Assembly (NCBI GenBank): GCA_951406725.2 | Contig: OX597818.1 | Coordinates: 40,734,001 to 40,798,000, forward strand | From: Octopus vulgaris | Lineage: Eukaryota | Direction of reading: 5' to 3' | DNA length: 64,000 nt | In this document: positions 36,905 to 50,437 of the stretch, piece by piece | Layout: the number at the start of each line of letters is the position of its first letter | Numbering within the stretch: the first letter of the stretch is position 1 | The notes under the pieces: model-generated | What the model was told of the DNA's origin: nothing | The model's input: only the letters and a program-made list of their open reading frames with translations | Database searches by the model: none | Position numbers and translations under genes: made by a program

Positions 36905-38862
36905 ATTTTACTTAGATTACTTAGATAAGTTTACGCTGAAGTTGGCCCAAGACATATCTAATTCAATAGCACCACCTACAAGAAATACATAGTCAGCTCT
37001 TGACCACCATAGCCCATTCAAGCTGAGAGTTATTATTTTCAGAGACATATCCGGGTAGCGAATTTTTTTCCCACGAAAGTTCCGGACCCCAATTATGAAC
37101 TCATTTCCATACAGCCAATCGGTGCTCAACTATCAATCTAGCTTCCACCTAGTCACGAAAATACTCTGGTTGAGTTCAGTGGAAAATGTGCGTTATAGCA
37201 AAATCTAACTGTTCTAAACGATTTAACAGGGGTGACAAATTTGAAATTTAGTGTATAAAGTGAATGGAGAGCTGTTCGCAGATATTACCAATTCGCATAA
37301 TTTACTAGAAAATTTAAATGAGTGTAGTTTCCTAATTTTTTGACTGATTTTGTACAGTCCTAATTTAAATGTTGGTGCTGATATGGAAACATCGTAATCA
37401 ATATAGCATTGTGTCGTATTGCGCCCTCATTACATATATCAATGGGTACATGCAGTATTACTAATCTCAGTCTGAGCCTAGGCACCTAATGTTAGCTCCA
37501 TATAGAGATGGTGCTCAAATGATCTATGAGGATGGTGGGGGTGGGGAATGTGGTGCTTATGTGAGATCTGCTATGCTGTACTCACAGAGTGGCATACGCC
37601 ATTCTATGCCTGACTCGCTGTACTGTAGTAGTACACAGTATGTGGATTTTCAAGGTGAGATCTGATTGGCTGTATGCAAATGAGTTCATTACTAGGGTCC
37701 GGAACTCTCGTGGGAAAAAATTTTGCATCTTGGTGTGGGTGGTTTTTCTGGTATTTGTTGGGGGTAATCATCTAGGGACCGTTTGCATGCCGTTAAATCA
37801 CTTTCCTCCTTTATGTGGGCTGGCACGATGTTGAAAAGAGCAGGGCCAGTTGAGGTGAAATAGTTCTGTCGTAGTGTTGTGATACGACACGAACATGATT
37901 TCTGTAGTGGACGGTTGGCACGAGGGCCAAGCCTCGGATGAATTTTAAAGATGATACCTATATCATTTGGGCAATGTTGATGGAATATTTTCCACATCAT
38001 ACAGATGATATAGTGCTCACGGCGTCGTTGGAGGGAGTAAAGCCTGAGCTTTTTGAGTTGATCCCAATAGTCAAGGTTTGTCATGTCATCTATTTTTTTT
38101 TGTGATTGATCTCTGGGGAGATTCAATTTTCATAATATTCTTTATCATGTGGGGGGAACCACAGAGAACAACAGTATCCAAGGTGAGGGCGAGCAAAAGA
38201 AGAGACAAGTAGGATAATGGTAGGGGCGTCTCTAGACCGGAAAGTCCTGAGGATCCAGGAGCACGCCTTGCGAGCCATGTCAACTTTGCTGTTTATGTGA
38301 GCACTCCAGCTTATTTTGTTTATCATCAGTAACATCCAGGTCTCTAGCAGTGCTGGATGCCACGAGAGTTTCGTCCAAGGGAAAAGTGTATGGTTGTTGG
38401 AATGCAGTCTCTTTACCGAAGCGGATTAGGTTGAATTTTTTTCTCGTTTAGCTGTATATTATGTTCCTCCGCTCATTGGATAACACCTTGATCAGATTAA
38501 AAATTTGTCTGGTCTTCAATCTTGTCAAGAACCTTTAGCAACTTAGAGTTATCCGCAAAAATATGCATGCTACTATGTTTGATGACGTTAGTGATGCTAA
38601 TATGAATTATGAAAAGGATCAGGCCCAATACAGTGTCTTGTGGAACTCCACTTATAACTCTGGTTGAGGTCGATCGGATACCATCAATCACCACATGTTG
38701 AGTTCTGTTCATCAGAAAACATTTAATCCAAGCTAACAATTTTCCTCAGACTCCAATGTTGGACAGTTTCTTTAACAGGATGCAGTGATCAACCCTGTCA
38801 AAGGCTTTGCTGAAGTCAAGGTATATGACATCTGCATTGGAAATCTCTCGCAGGGCCTTTAA
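36905..38862 (-). mobile_element. CR1/L2-group LINE (RT to 3' end), degenerate, interrupted by a TIR element
   Basis: YLDFSKAFDRVDH, SGVPQDTVLG, IFADNSK, RPHLGYC, LYSLQRRR; the C-terminus resumes (PGYVSENNNSQLEWAM*) at 37057; (TCTAAG)-type tail. Confidence 0.93.
37058..37726. mobile_element. Non-autonomous DNA transposon with 63-bp TIRs and possible 9-bp TSD (Mutator-like)
   Basis: TIRs at 37058-37120 and 37664-37726; flanks ATCCGGGTA / ATCTTGGTG (6/9); cleanly splits the LINE reading frame. Confidence 0.85.
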
Positions 38863-38863
38863 A

Positions 38864-39077
38864 TGGGATCCTCAGGACTTACCGGTTTAGAGACGCCCCT
38901 ACCATTATCCTACTTTTCTCTACTTTTGACCGCCCTCACCGTGAATACTGTTGTCCGCCGTGGTCCCCCCTCACGATACAGAATATTATGAAAACTGAAG
39001 CTCTCCAGAGATCGATCACAAAAAAATATATGTATTGATTAGCCTTGACTATTGGAATCGACTTAAAAAGCTCAGGC
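38864..39077 (+). mobile_element. Inverted fragment of the same CR1/L2-group LINE
   Basis: WILRTYRFRDAPTIILLFSTFDRPH...LDYWNRLKKLR, mirroring 38042-38257. Confidence 0.85.
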
Positions 39078-39127
39078 ATATATATATGCGGTGTGTGTGT
39101 GTGTGTGCACAAGGCAAAAGTGACTAG

Positions 39128-39665
<538 letters not shown>

Positions 39666-40489
39666 GTGAAAACAACTTTAGTTCCTTCAACAAATTACCT
39701 ATTCATACATACTGAATGTTTATCAAACATTTCTCATGTTCTAAGACCTTAGCTATAATCTATCATAAAACACTGTGGCAAATATGTATATAAAAGCACT
39801 GCTATTTCCAAATTGCTTCATGAATAAGATTGTTTATGTCTTTCATCTCCTTCTAATTTGTTCAGTTTGCAATGCATAATTAAAATGAACCAAAGGACAA
39901 GAACGTTTAAGATTAGACGTCCCATAAAACAGGATTTAAACGCCAGAATTGGCTATTGCTATATTGCGTATCATTTAGTTTTACTTTTTTTTTTTTTTTT
40001 CACAAACTCCTATGGAAATTAGTGCAAGGAACTAATTGTCTTGAACGACCATAGCGAGATTGAGAAATCTAGTTCGGTGACCCCTTCCGATATCTCCTTA
40101 TCGATTTTGCTGACATTGTCGCGCACCTTGGCAAGTATTTTAATTACGTTTTCCGAATCTCATCACTATGGCTACTAAAATTGATTAGCTCGTATTTACT
40201 TGCTTTCGTTTGTTTGATTCTCTGCCTGAGAAATTAATCAGACATAACCGATGAACATTGAACTGCAGTGACTATATATTTGCCCCATACTCTATATTTT
40301 TTAATTCAAAATAATTTAACCAAATATATATATATATGCATGTGTTTGTGCGTCAGTGCGCGTACACGTGTGTATGTATGTGCATGAGTGAGTGTGTATT
40401 CATACACTCATATATATACACATATATGTATATGCATGTATATATAGACACACACATATATATACCAATATATATACCCATATACATGT

Positions 40490-40533
<44 letters not shown>

Positions 40534-40735
40534 CCCATATGCAAATAGGTTATACGTACATATATGCAGAAAATATAAGCGGTGGAAATACGTACACATA
40601 TGCAGAAAATATAAGAAAATCTAGTTATATTTCGAAAGAATCCTATAAACACATTTAACGGTAGTTGCTCAGTTAGAGATTTTTTTTTCCAGTTTCAGAA
40701 CGAATTAGCAGGATCATTAGAGGGATGTGCCTGAA

Positions 40736-41135
40736 GGCGGCGAGCTGGCAGAAACGTTAGTGCGCCGGGCGAAATTCTTTGCGGTATTTTCGTCTGCAGC
40801 TACGTTCTGAGTTCAAATTCTGCCGAAGTCGACTTTGCCTTTCATCCTTTCGGAGTCGATTAAATAAGTACCAGTTACGCACTGGGGTCGATATAATCGA
40901 CTTAATCCGTTTGTCTGTCCTTCTTTGTTTCCTCTGTGTTTAGCCCCTTGCGGGTAGTAAAGAAATAGGTATTTCGCCTGTTTTTACATTCTGAGTTCAA
41001 ATTCCGCCGATGTCGACTTTCCCTTTCATCCTTTCAGGGTCGATAAATTAAGTAGCAGTTGCGTACTAGGGTCGATCTAATCGACTTGGCCCCACCTCCC
41101 TCCAAATTTCAGGCCTTGTGCCTATAATATGAAGG
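40736..41135 (+). mobile_element. SINE family B dimer
   Basis: Head, core, tail 1, core, tail 2. Confidence 0.9.
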
Positions 41136-41333
41136 TTAGAAAGCCTTGTGGTTTTTGTTCCAAATCTCTGCAATCCGTGTTCACATTACGCCGAAAGCAT
41201 CGTTATTTTTCAACCTTTTGAGGGCCAATAAAATAAACGGCTGTTAAACTGGAGGAGCTGTAAGAACGTTGGATCGGATGACTAGTGGTATTCGATCCAG
41301 TTATTTGTATTCTGAGTCTAAATCCCACCATAT

Positions 41334-41722
41334 GGATGGAATGGAAGCACTCCGTCGGTTACGACGACGAGGGTTCCGGTTAATCCGATCAACGGAACAG
41401 CCTGCTCGTGAAATTAACGTGTAAGTGGCTGAGCACTCCACAGACACATGTACCCTTAACGTAGTTCTCGGGGATATTCAGCGTGACACAGGGAGTGACA
41501 AGGCCGGCCCTTTGAAATACAGGTACAACAGAAACAGGAAGTAAGAGTGAGAGAAAGTTATGGTGAAAGAGTACAGCAGGGATTACTACCATCCCTGCCG
41601 GAGCCTCGTGAAGCTTTGGGTGTTTTCGCTCAATAAACACTCACAACGCCCGGTCTGGGAATCGAAACCGCGATCCTACGACCGCGAGTCCGCTGCCCTA
41701 ACCACTGGGCCATTGCGCCTCC
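41334..41722 (-). mobile_element. SINE family C, full length, tail type a, flanked by 217-bp direct repeats
   Basis: A/B boxes; (TTCCA)n end; repeats at 41117-41333 and 41723-41939. Confidence 0.93.
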
Positions 41723-42469
41723 TGTGCCTATAATATGAAGGTTAGAAAGCCTCGTGGTTTTTGTTCCAAATCTCTGCAATCCGTGTTCAAATTACGCCGA
41801 AAGCATTGTTATTTTTCAACCTTTTGTTGGCCAATAAAATAAACGGCTGTTAAACTGGAGGAGCTGTAAGAACGTTGGATCGGATGACTAGTGGTATTCG
41901 ATCCAGTTATTTGTATTCTGAGTCTAAATCCCACCATATACTATTTTGGTGGTAGGCAAATCTGGCAACCTGTTTCATTCTACTTCTTGGCCTTCGAATG
42001 TATTTAGCAATCATTCCAACCAGGTGAAACGCGTTCGAGTCATGTCTCCAGCTGAAACCTTTCCTCCTTCATTTCTCCCTTCCTTTTGTTCATTGTTCCT
42101 TCCTTCCCTTCTTTATTCCTTCCTTTCCTTTCCGTTGATTTTTCCCTCCATCCTTTCCTTCCTTGAATTCTTTTCTTCAGATTAAGCATATGTATGACGA
42201 CCAAAAGGCGTTCCGGCCTTGATCAAGCCGTCTTTTTTCCCCTGGCATAGTATATATAAAACAGCATTACGAAGTGATTACTTTCTTTGACACAAAAATA
42301 AAAATAAATAAAAATAAAGAATACAGAAAAAACAGTAAAGCATGATGTGAGATTAGATTGTTAGAAATTAGTCGTGGTCGGAGGGGGGGCATGACGTAAA
42401 AGACTCCATTTTGGTTCTTTTGCTCAGTTGTTTTTGGTTTGTTGTTGTTGTTTGTTTGTTGAGTTCGCT

Positions 42470-42807
42470 CGTGGGAGAAGTCCGAAACGTGGTCCTTTGC
42501 TATTCGTAAGATCCGCAGAAGAGAAAGCAGGTCAACCCCCGACACCGAAGGCATCGACGGATGGATGAATGCGCATCCAGGCTCAGCGGTTGCGTAGGAA
42601 GTCGGGGGACAAGAAAAAGGAAGAAAGAGTGAGAGAAAGTTGGAGCGAAAGAGTACAATGGGGGTCGCCACCACTCCCTGCCGGAGCCTCGTGGAACTTT
42701 AGGTGTTTTCACTCAATAAACACACACAAGCTCGGTCTGGGAATCGAAACCGCGATCCTCCGACCGCGAGTCCGCTGTCCTAACCACTGGACCATTGCGC
42801 CTCCACT
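42470..42807 (-). mobile_element. SINE family C, tail type b
   Basis: Head shared with other family C copies; tail shared with 43478. Confidence 0.9.
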
Positions 42808-43477
42808 GAGCTGCTGCTATTGTCACTGCTGCTGCTGTTGTTGTTGTTGCTGCTACCACTGCTGCTGCTGCTGTCACTACTGCTGCTGCTGTTGTTGTCA
42901 CTGAGCTGCTGCTACTGTCACTGCTGTTGTTTTTGTTATTGTCTTTGTCGACACCTAAAGTTGTGACATTGCTTAGAGACGAAGCATTTTTCGCTCCGTT
43001 AATGACATTAAGTTTAAACCATTCGATGTTGGTATTCTCATTTCTTTCCTTGTTCTCAAAATTTATTAACAAGGAGCGCGTCGCTTTATCGAACTTTATG
43101 ATGTTTTCTTCATCCGTCATATTTTTTTTAAAAAATTGTAGAAAATTGCGAAATATTTGTCTTTGCCGAAAGCAGTTAAAATTCAAAAATAAATTAGGCG
43201 CACTGCCTGCAAAACATGGGGTGTTTCTATACAAAAATACTATCTGCACAATCCAGACAATCTCCGAAATATAATGGTAACGACAGAAATTGAAAGACGG
43301 GGCCTTAGAATGCCGAAAAGATTACAAACACTTTTTCAATACGGAGCACCAAATTTCCGTGACTTTGCTGTACGACAGCCATGATAGCTGCTGTTGCTGT
43401 AATCGCTGTTGTAACTGTTGTTGGTGTTTCTGTTGCTGTTGCTGTTGAGCGAACGGTCTTCGTCCCAGAGCTCGCAA

Positions 43478-43818
43478 GATGGGAGAAGTCCGAAACGTGG
43501 TCCTTTGCTATTCGTAAGACCCGCAGAAAAGAAAGCAGGTCAACCCCCCGACACCGAGAGCATCGACAGATAGATAAATGCGCATCTAGGCTCAGCGGTT
43601 GCGTAGGAAGTCGGGGACAAGAAGCAGGAAGGAAGAGTGAGAGAAAGTTGGGGCGAAAGAGTACAACAGGGGTCACCACTCCCCACCCCTGCCGGAGCCT
43701 CGTGGAGCTTTAGGTGTTTTCGCTCAATAAACACACACAACGCCCGGTCTGGGAATCGAAACAGCGATCCTCCGACCGCAAGTCCGCTGCCCTAACCATT
43801 GGGCCATTGCGCCTCCAC
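43478..43818 (-). mobile_element. SINE family C, tail type b
   Basis: Highly similar to 42470-42807. Confidence 0.9.
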
Positions 43819-44259
43819 TTTGCTGTATCTGTTGCGGCTGCACCACGAAGGATAGTAAGTCTTCCATGTTAAATATTTTTTCCTTGATTTTGTATTAAAA
43901 GAAAATGTTAAAGTCTGTCGTAAGCTTCGAATAAACTCATCACCATTGTTATAGCTTTCTATGCGTTGGATATACAGATTCCACGAACGGCGACACATGA
44001 CGTACTTCAAATTACTCCACACTAAACAAGATACTTCAATAAATACAAACTCTCAATGATCCCAATGACTTCCCACGACTTCCACGAACTCTCAACGACT
44101 CCTAAGACTTCTCTGTTGTTGCTGTTTTTGGTGTTGTCCAGTTCCAGGCCATCCTTGATTGAACATAACTACAATAAAAGGTGCCTCATCCGGAGCATAT
44201 CTGCATCCTGTTTAAGCACTCAATACAATAGTTTTGTAGTATATATGCATTGATCTAGG

Positions 44260-44650
44260 GGCGGCGAGCTGGTAGAAACGTTAGCACACTGGGCGAAATG
44301 CTTAGCGGTATTTCGTCTGACTTTACATTCTGAGTTCAAATTCCGCCGAAGTCGACTTTGCCTTTCATCCTTTGGGGGTCGATAAATTAAGTACCAGTTA
44401 CGCACTTGTTTGTCCCTTCTATGTTTAGCCCCTCGTGGGCAATAAAGAAATAGGAAACGTTAGCACGCCGCGCGAAATGCTGAGCGATATTTCATCTGTC
44501 TTTACGTTCTGAGTTCAAATTCCGCCGAGGTCGACTTTACCTTTCATCCTTTCGGGGTCGATAAGTTAAGTACCTGATGCGTACTGAAGTTGGTCCAATC
44601 GACTGGCCCCCTCCCTCAAAATTTCGGGCCTTGCGCCTAGAGTAGAAAAG
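44260..44650 (+). mobile_element. SINE family B dimer with TSD
   Basis: ATATATGCAYTGA at 44241-44253 and 44651-44663. Confidence 0.9.
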
Positions 44651-44860
44651 ATATATGCACTGAACCATCCAACATGAAGAGTAGTATTCGCCTTGAGGGT
44701 ACATTGACTAATATCTCTAGCAGTTTAATCGACTAAAGACGATATCTTACACCGACTCGGTTTTAGATCGCTTTCTTCAAAATTATCACCATTTCGTCTT
44801 TCTTGTTTTATCTTCTTTTCTTTTTCTTTCTCTGAAGACATTTCGCTTTATCTCTATCAT

Positions 44861-45969
44861 ATTCTTTTATTCTTTTACTTGTTTCAGTCATTTGACTGCG
44901 GCCATGCTGGAGCACAATCTTTAGTTGAACAAATCAACCCCTTTGTGAAGCCTAGTACTTGTTCTATTGGTCTCCTTTCGCCGAACCGCTAAGTGATGGG
45001 GACGCAAACACACCAACATTTGTTTCAAGCGATGGGAGGGGGACAAACACAGACACAAATAACAAATACATACACACACACATACACAGACATATCAGGC
45101 AAAAAAGAAAATGGAGAGGATATAAAATCGACAAACATCAACCAGTAAACATTCCATTATATCTATTTATTGAATAACTTATAACTCATACAGACATACA
45201 TAAACTTAGATAAACTTAGATATGTTTCGACCAAAGATTGGTCCAGGCCATGTCTAACTTAATAGCACCACCTGATAGGATTATCTGAATCCTGTTTAAG
45301 TCAAGTTTTGTTCATGGTCCATTCAAGTAGAGAATTTTTGTTGGGTGAGTCGTATCCAATTATGGGTGGCTTATCTGGTATTCCTTGAAGGAATCTATCC
45401 AGACTCCGTTTAGAGTTGATGGGATCCTTTTCTTCTTTGATCTCTTTCGGGACAATGTTAAATAGGGCAGGGCCTGTTGAGGAAAAGAAATTATGTTGCA
45501 GTGTACGTGTATGCTGTGATCTTGAATTGGGCAGGGGACGTATGGTCCGTAGTCCCAGTCTTGGATGAACCTTGAAGCTAATGTTCAGGTCGTTTGGGCA
45601 AAGTTGGCGGTATATTCTCCACATCGTACAAATGATGTACCGCTCACGGCGACGCTGGAGAGAGTAGAGTTTCAAGGCTTTAAGGCGATCCCATTAATCG
45701 AGAGCAGCCATGCCTTCAATTCGTTTAGTGAGTGCCCTCTGGGGTGATTCAATCCTCGAGATATTTTGTCTTGTATGGGGAGACCACAGTGGGCAGCAGT
45801 ATTCGAGGTGTGGCCGTATAAAGGAGGAGAAAAGTGGTATGATGACACCTTGTTCTCTGGACCGGAAACTTCTTAAGATCCAGGAACTCATCCTACGAGC
45901 TATATCGACCTTATTGTTGATGTGTCCACTCCAACTGAGATCGTCATCAACAATTACACCCAGGTCTCT

Positions 45970-46033
<64 letters not shown>

Positions 46034-46125
46034 TACATACATAAATACATATATACATATATATATATATTTTTATATATATACAAATATATATATATAT
46101 ACACACATATATATACACACACACA

Positions 46126-46172
<47 letters not shown>

Positions 46173-46332
46173 CGGGTTTCTTTCAGTTTCCGTCAACCAG
46201 ATCCACTCACAAGACTTCGGTCGGCCTGAGGCTATAGTAGAAGACACATGCCCAAGGTGACACGCAGTGGGAGTGAACCCAGAACCATGTGGTTGGAAAG
46301 CAAGCGTCTTGCCACACAGCCACTCCTGCGCC
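44861..46332 (-). mobile_element. SINE family A split by a nested LINE (5' part 46171-46332, 3' part 44861-45062)
   Basis: Both halves are collinear with intact family A copies. Confidence 0.8.
45200..45969 (-). mobile_element. 5'-truncated CR1/L2-group LINE (ORF2 C-terminus and 3' UTR)
   Basis: [17 protein letters not shown]...[13 protein letters not shown]...LYSLQRRRER...NSLLEW; one in-frame stop; 3' stem-loop and (TCTAAGTTTA) tail. Confidence 0.95.
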
Positions 46333-46577
46333 AATATATTCAATGAAATTATTTTCCTTTCGCGTGTTCTATACTTTTACCTTTCTATCAACATGTTTCT
46401 CTTTATTTTCCTTCAACATATCTTCAATCGTTCGCTCTCTCACTTTCCCTTTCCTTTCCTTCCTTCTTTCTGTTTCTCTCACTATCTTTCTCTTTTCTTC
46501 TTTTTCTTCACTTAATCTTTATTTCTCCTTTCTATTTGTTCTTTCTATACTGTTTTTCTAACAAAGATATATGTATA

Positions 46578-46611
<34 letters not shown>

Positions 46612-46720
46612 GAATACATATATAATATATTGTAATATAGTAATATATAATATGTATGATATACATATGCATGTATATATAAATGAATTTATGAATGTAT
46701 GTATGTACATTGTATATGTA

Positions 46721-46797
<77 letters not shown>

Positions 46798-46887
46798 CTA
46801 TTGTATATATTTGTTCCATTTTATATTTATGTATGTATATATATATATATATATGTGTGTATAATATAATATATTATATAATATAAT

Positions 46888-46995
<108 letters not shown>

Positions 46996-47520
46996 CTATA
47001 CTGGCAATCTCAGTCAATTATCTATCTCCTATCCTTCCATCCACTCACCCGATACTCTCTCTCTCTCTCACTCTCCCTCTCGTCTCTCGCTCTCTCTCTC
47101 CCCCTCTCCCTATCACTATATCTCTTTTATCGTATCATAGCTTCGTAGTCTCCATTTTCTCTGTACTTTCTATTCCTGTCTGCCTCTCCTTTACACCTTC
47201 CATCTTTCTTCAATTTGTCAGCCATATCTATAGATCTATTTGACAGATAGTTTGGGTTCTTCTCTGTCCTTTACATCAGGATATGGGGCTCATCGCTGAG
47301 ATATTGAATAGCAGCTTATTCTTCTGAATCGAGAGATGTATATATGCTGGAAATTTGATGATATATTGAAATAATTCGAAATATTTTTCATCTGTTTTAT
47401 ATATATATATATTATTTATATATATATGTATATATATACACACAAATATATATACATATATACATGTATATGTACATACATATATATATATATATATATT
47501 ATAATATATAATATATACAT

Positions 47521-47551
<31 letters not shown>

Positions 47552-47572
47552 CGTAAATATATATATACATAG

Positions 47573-47604
<32 letters not shown>

Positions 47605-47656
47605 CGTAAATATATATATACATATATGCATGTATATGTACATATATATATATATG

Positions 47657-47736
<80 letters not shown>

Positions 47737-49065
47737 CATACATGTATATATACATATGTGTGTGTGTGTATGCATGTACGTATGTATATATATATATGTT
47801 TGATTCACTCTGAAATCCCTTTAACAGTAAACAAGAGATAAATTATTGATAAATATTCCTCACTAAAAAGAAACATTTTAAGATGTCCAATTATTATATA
47901 TTTTTTGTTGTAGTTTCATGAAACCCTTAACAGTTCGGGTGTTCTTGCGTGTGTTGTGTGTGTGCGCGTGTGTGTGTGCATGCGTGCATGTGTGTTTGCG
48001 TATGCATGCAGGAGTATATGATCAATGAAGAATTAGCATATTAGCCAATGAAGTTTCTCGATTTCTATATTGGAATCTCACCAATTTGTCCAATAATCGG
48101 AAAGTTCTGAACAGAAAGCACGATTTCTAAAATTTAAAAAAAGCAAAATTTTCAAAAATAACATAAAGAAAGAAAAAAAAATAGAAAAAGAAAAGGAAAA
48201 AAATAGCAACATAAACGTTAATAATAATATTAACAGAAATGATAACAAAAAAAAAATTCAGAAAATAATGACACAAAATTTAAAAACTAATATACAAATA
48301 GCAACAACGATGAAAAAAAAGAAAGAGACTTTCTTTTTCAATATTTTCTTCCAGAATTTTCTTAATTAAATTCCTTTCGTCTTTTATAAGATTTTCGTTG
48401 ATCTTTAACGAGTAAACTGTAAACTCCGCAGTTATTTCGCCTCAACAAAATAAACAAGAAACCAAAATGAAAAACAAATATATTATGCTATTATTATATC
48501 AAAATGTTATTGGAAGCCTTCTCCTGTCGTATGAGGTTATTTCATTAACCTCAGAATGTAAAAACAAAAACAGAAGAAATAAGAGAAAAGAAAAATAAGG
48601 AAAAGAAAAACAATCAATATCTCATACATTCGCTAATCTTGTTACTGTTGCTGTTGTTGTTATTGTCGATGTTATTAATACTGTGATTGTTGATTTCGAG
48701 AAGGTAGTGGATGACGGAATTGGATGTACGACGGACAAAAATACTGTTACCTCCCTTTACGTTTTCAATTCAAATATCATCAAAATCAATTTTGCTAGTC
48801 ATCCCTCTCGGTCTCAGTAAAACAAACACTAGTCAAATAGTGCCGTTGATTTAATATTTTACCTTGTGTCTATGTTAGACATTATTATTTGTGCTATCAT
48901 TAAGAATAATGGTTTGGCAGAATTGTTAGAGTGTCGGACAAAATTCCTGCCTGTGTTTACAGGCCTTTATGTTCTGAGTTCAAACACTGAGAAAGGTCTA
49001 CTTTCCTTTTTATCAGAGTTGATAAAATAACGTACCAGAAAATACAGACGTTAATAGTCTCAACA

Positions 49066-49372
49066 GTGGAGGCGCAATGGCCCTGTGGTTAGGTCGGAGG
49101 ATCGCGGCTTCGATTTGCAGACCAGGTATTGTGTGTGTTTATTGAGCGAAAACACCTAAAGCTCTACGACGCTCTGGCAGGGAAGGGAGTCGCGACCCCT
49201 GTTCTGCTCTTTCGCCCCAACTTTCTCTCACTCTCTCTTCTTGTTTCTTGAGTAACGCTGCGATGAACTGGCATCCTGTCCAACTGGGGGGAACACATAC
49301 GCCACAGAAACCGGGAAACCGGGCCCATGAGCCTGGCTAAGCTTGAAAAGGTCCCATAAATAAATAAAAATA
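49066..49372 (+). mobile_element. SINE family C, tail type c, with 12-bp TSD
   Basis: AATAGTCTCAAC at 49053-49064 and 49373-49384. Confidence 0.9.
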
Positions 49373-49935
49373 AATAGTCTCAACTAACTGTTCTCTTTAG
49401 AATTGCTGACCGCAATCTCCAATCAAAAACTATTATTCAAGACTGTAGATTGACAGAATCGTTAAAGCATCGGATAAAATGTGATACTGTATTTCCTCTA
49501 CCTCTTTATGTTGTGAATTCGAATCACGCGGAGATCATCATCGCGTTTCGTCCCCCAGGGTCGATAAAATAAGTTACTTATCAAGTGATGAGGTCGATAT
49601 AATTGACATAACACCGCCTCCAAAATTTCTGCTCTCGTGCAAAATTAGAAACGATTATCGGACCGTCGGACGAGTGCGTTTGTGTTGTTACTCCTCATCA
49701 GCTACGAACACTGAATCCGCCGCTTAGAGCCGACTAAAACAGCCGTTGTTCTCATAGTTAACCAGTAAATAATAAAGTTGCTGGTGCGAACAAAGCGTTG
49801 GTAAGCTAGAATTAATTAACTAGAGGCAAACTAAACAGCGTTGATTGAAATATAGGGGAGTTCAATTATATTTTACACGATCGGGTGCACTCAAACCTAG
49901 GAAGTCTTTCGCTGCAGAAATTGTTTCGGAAGGGA

Positions 49936-50437
49936 TACCACATACATCCTCGAGTATAATCCGCATCCCCACCCCCCAAAAAAAAATTAATGGTAAAATT
50001 CCCTAGTGCGTACTATATACTAGGTTAAAAATGAAAAATATGTCCGAGTCTCTATAAGCTGTCCGGCAATGTTTATTCAGACGCATTTTGTGATGTCGGG
50101 CGCGAAAATACCTTAAGCTAAGCCCGAAAGCAATGAAGTCATAAAAGAATCATCCATAACTTACAGTAAGCAACATTTATTAAAATAAAAGTATTCAGAG
50201 CACAGAATAACATATAACAAAAACAATTTGCAAACATATTTATATTCCCATATAACAGTTGAGAACATCACCATTATTGTATTACGCATGCGCGGTAGTA
50301 TTTGTTCGACTATGTGTTGTTGGCTTAATTACGCACGACTCAAGTTAGAGGAGTGCGTATTATACACAAGGTTTAGGTTTTTCAGAGGTACAGCCCCCTA
50401 AAAATCCCCTGCGTATTATACTCAAAGATTTATGGTT
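49936..50437. mobile_element. pogo/Tigger-like MITE with subterminal repeats
   Basis: TIRs ACCACATACATCCTCGAGTATAATCCGCA / TGCGTATTATACTCAAAGATTTATGGT; internal GTGCGTA(C/T)TATA repeats. Confidence 0.75.

Noticed and set aside
41650-41722. tRNA-like sequences at SINE heads
   Set aside because: A and B boxes are present but there is no proper acceptor stem, and they continue into SINE bodies.
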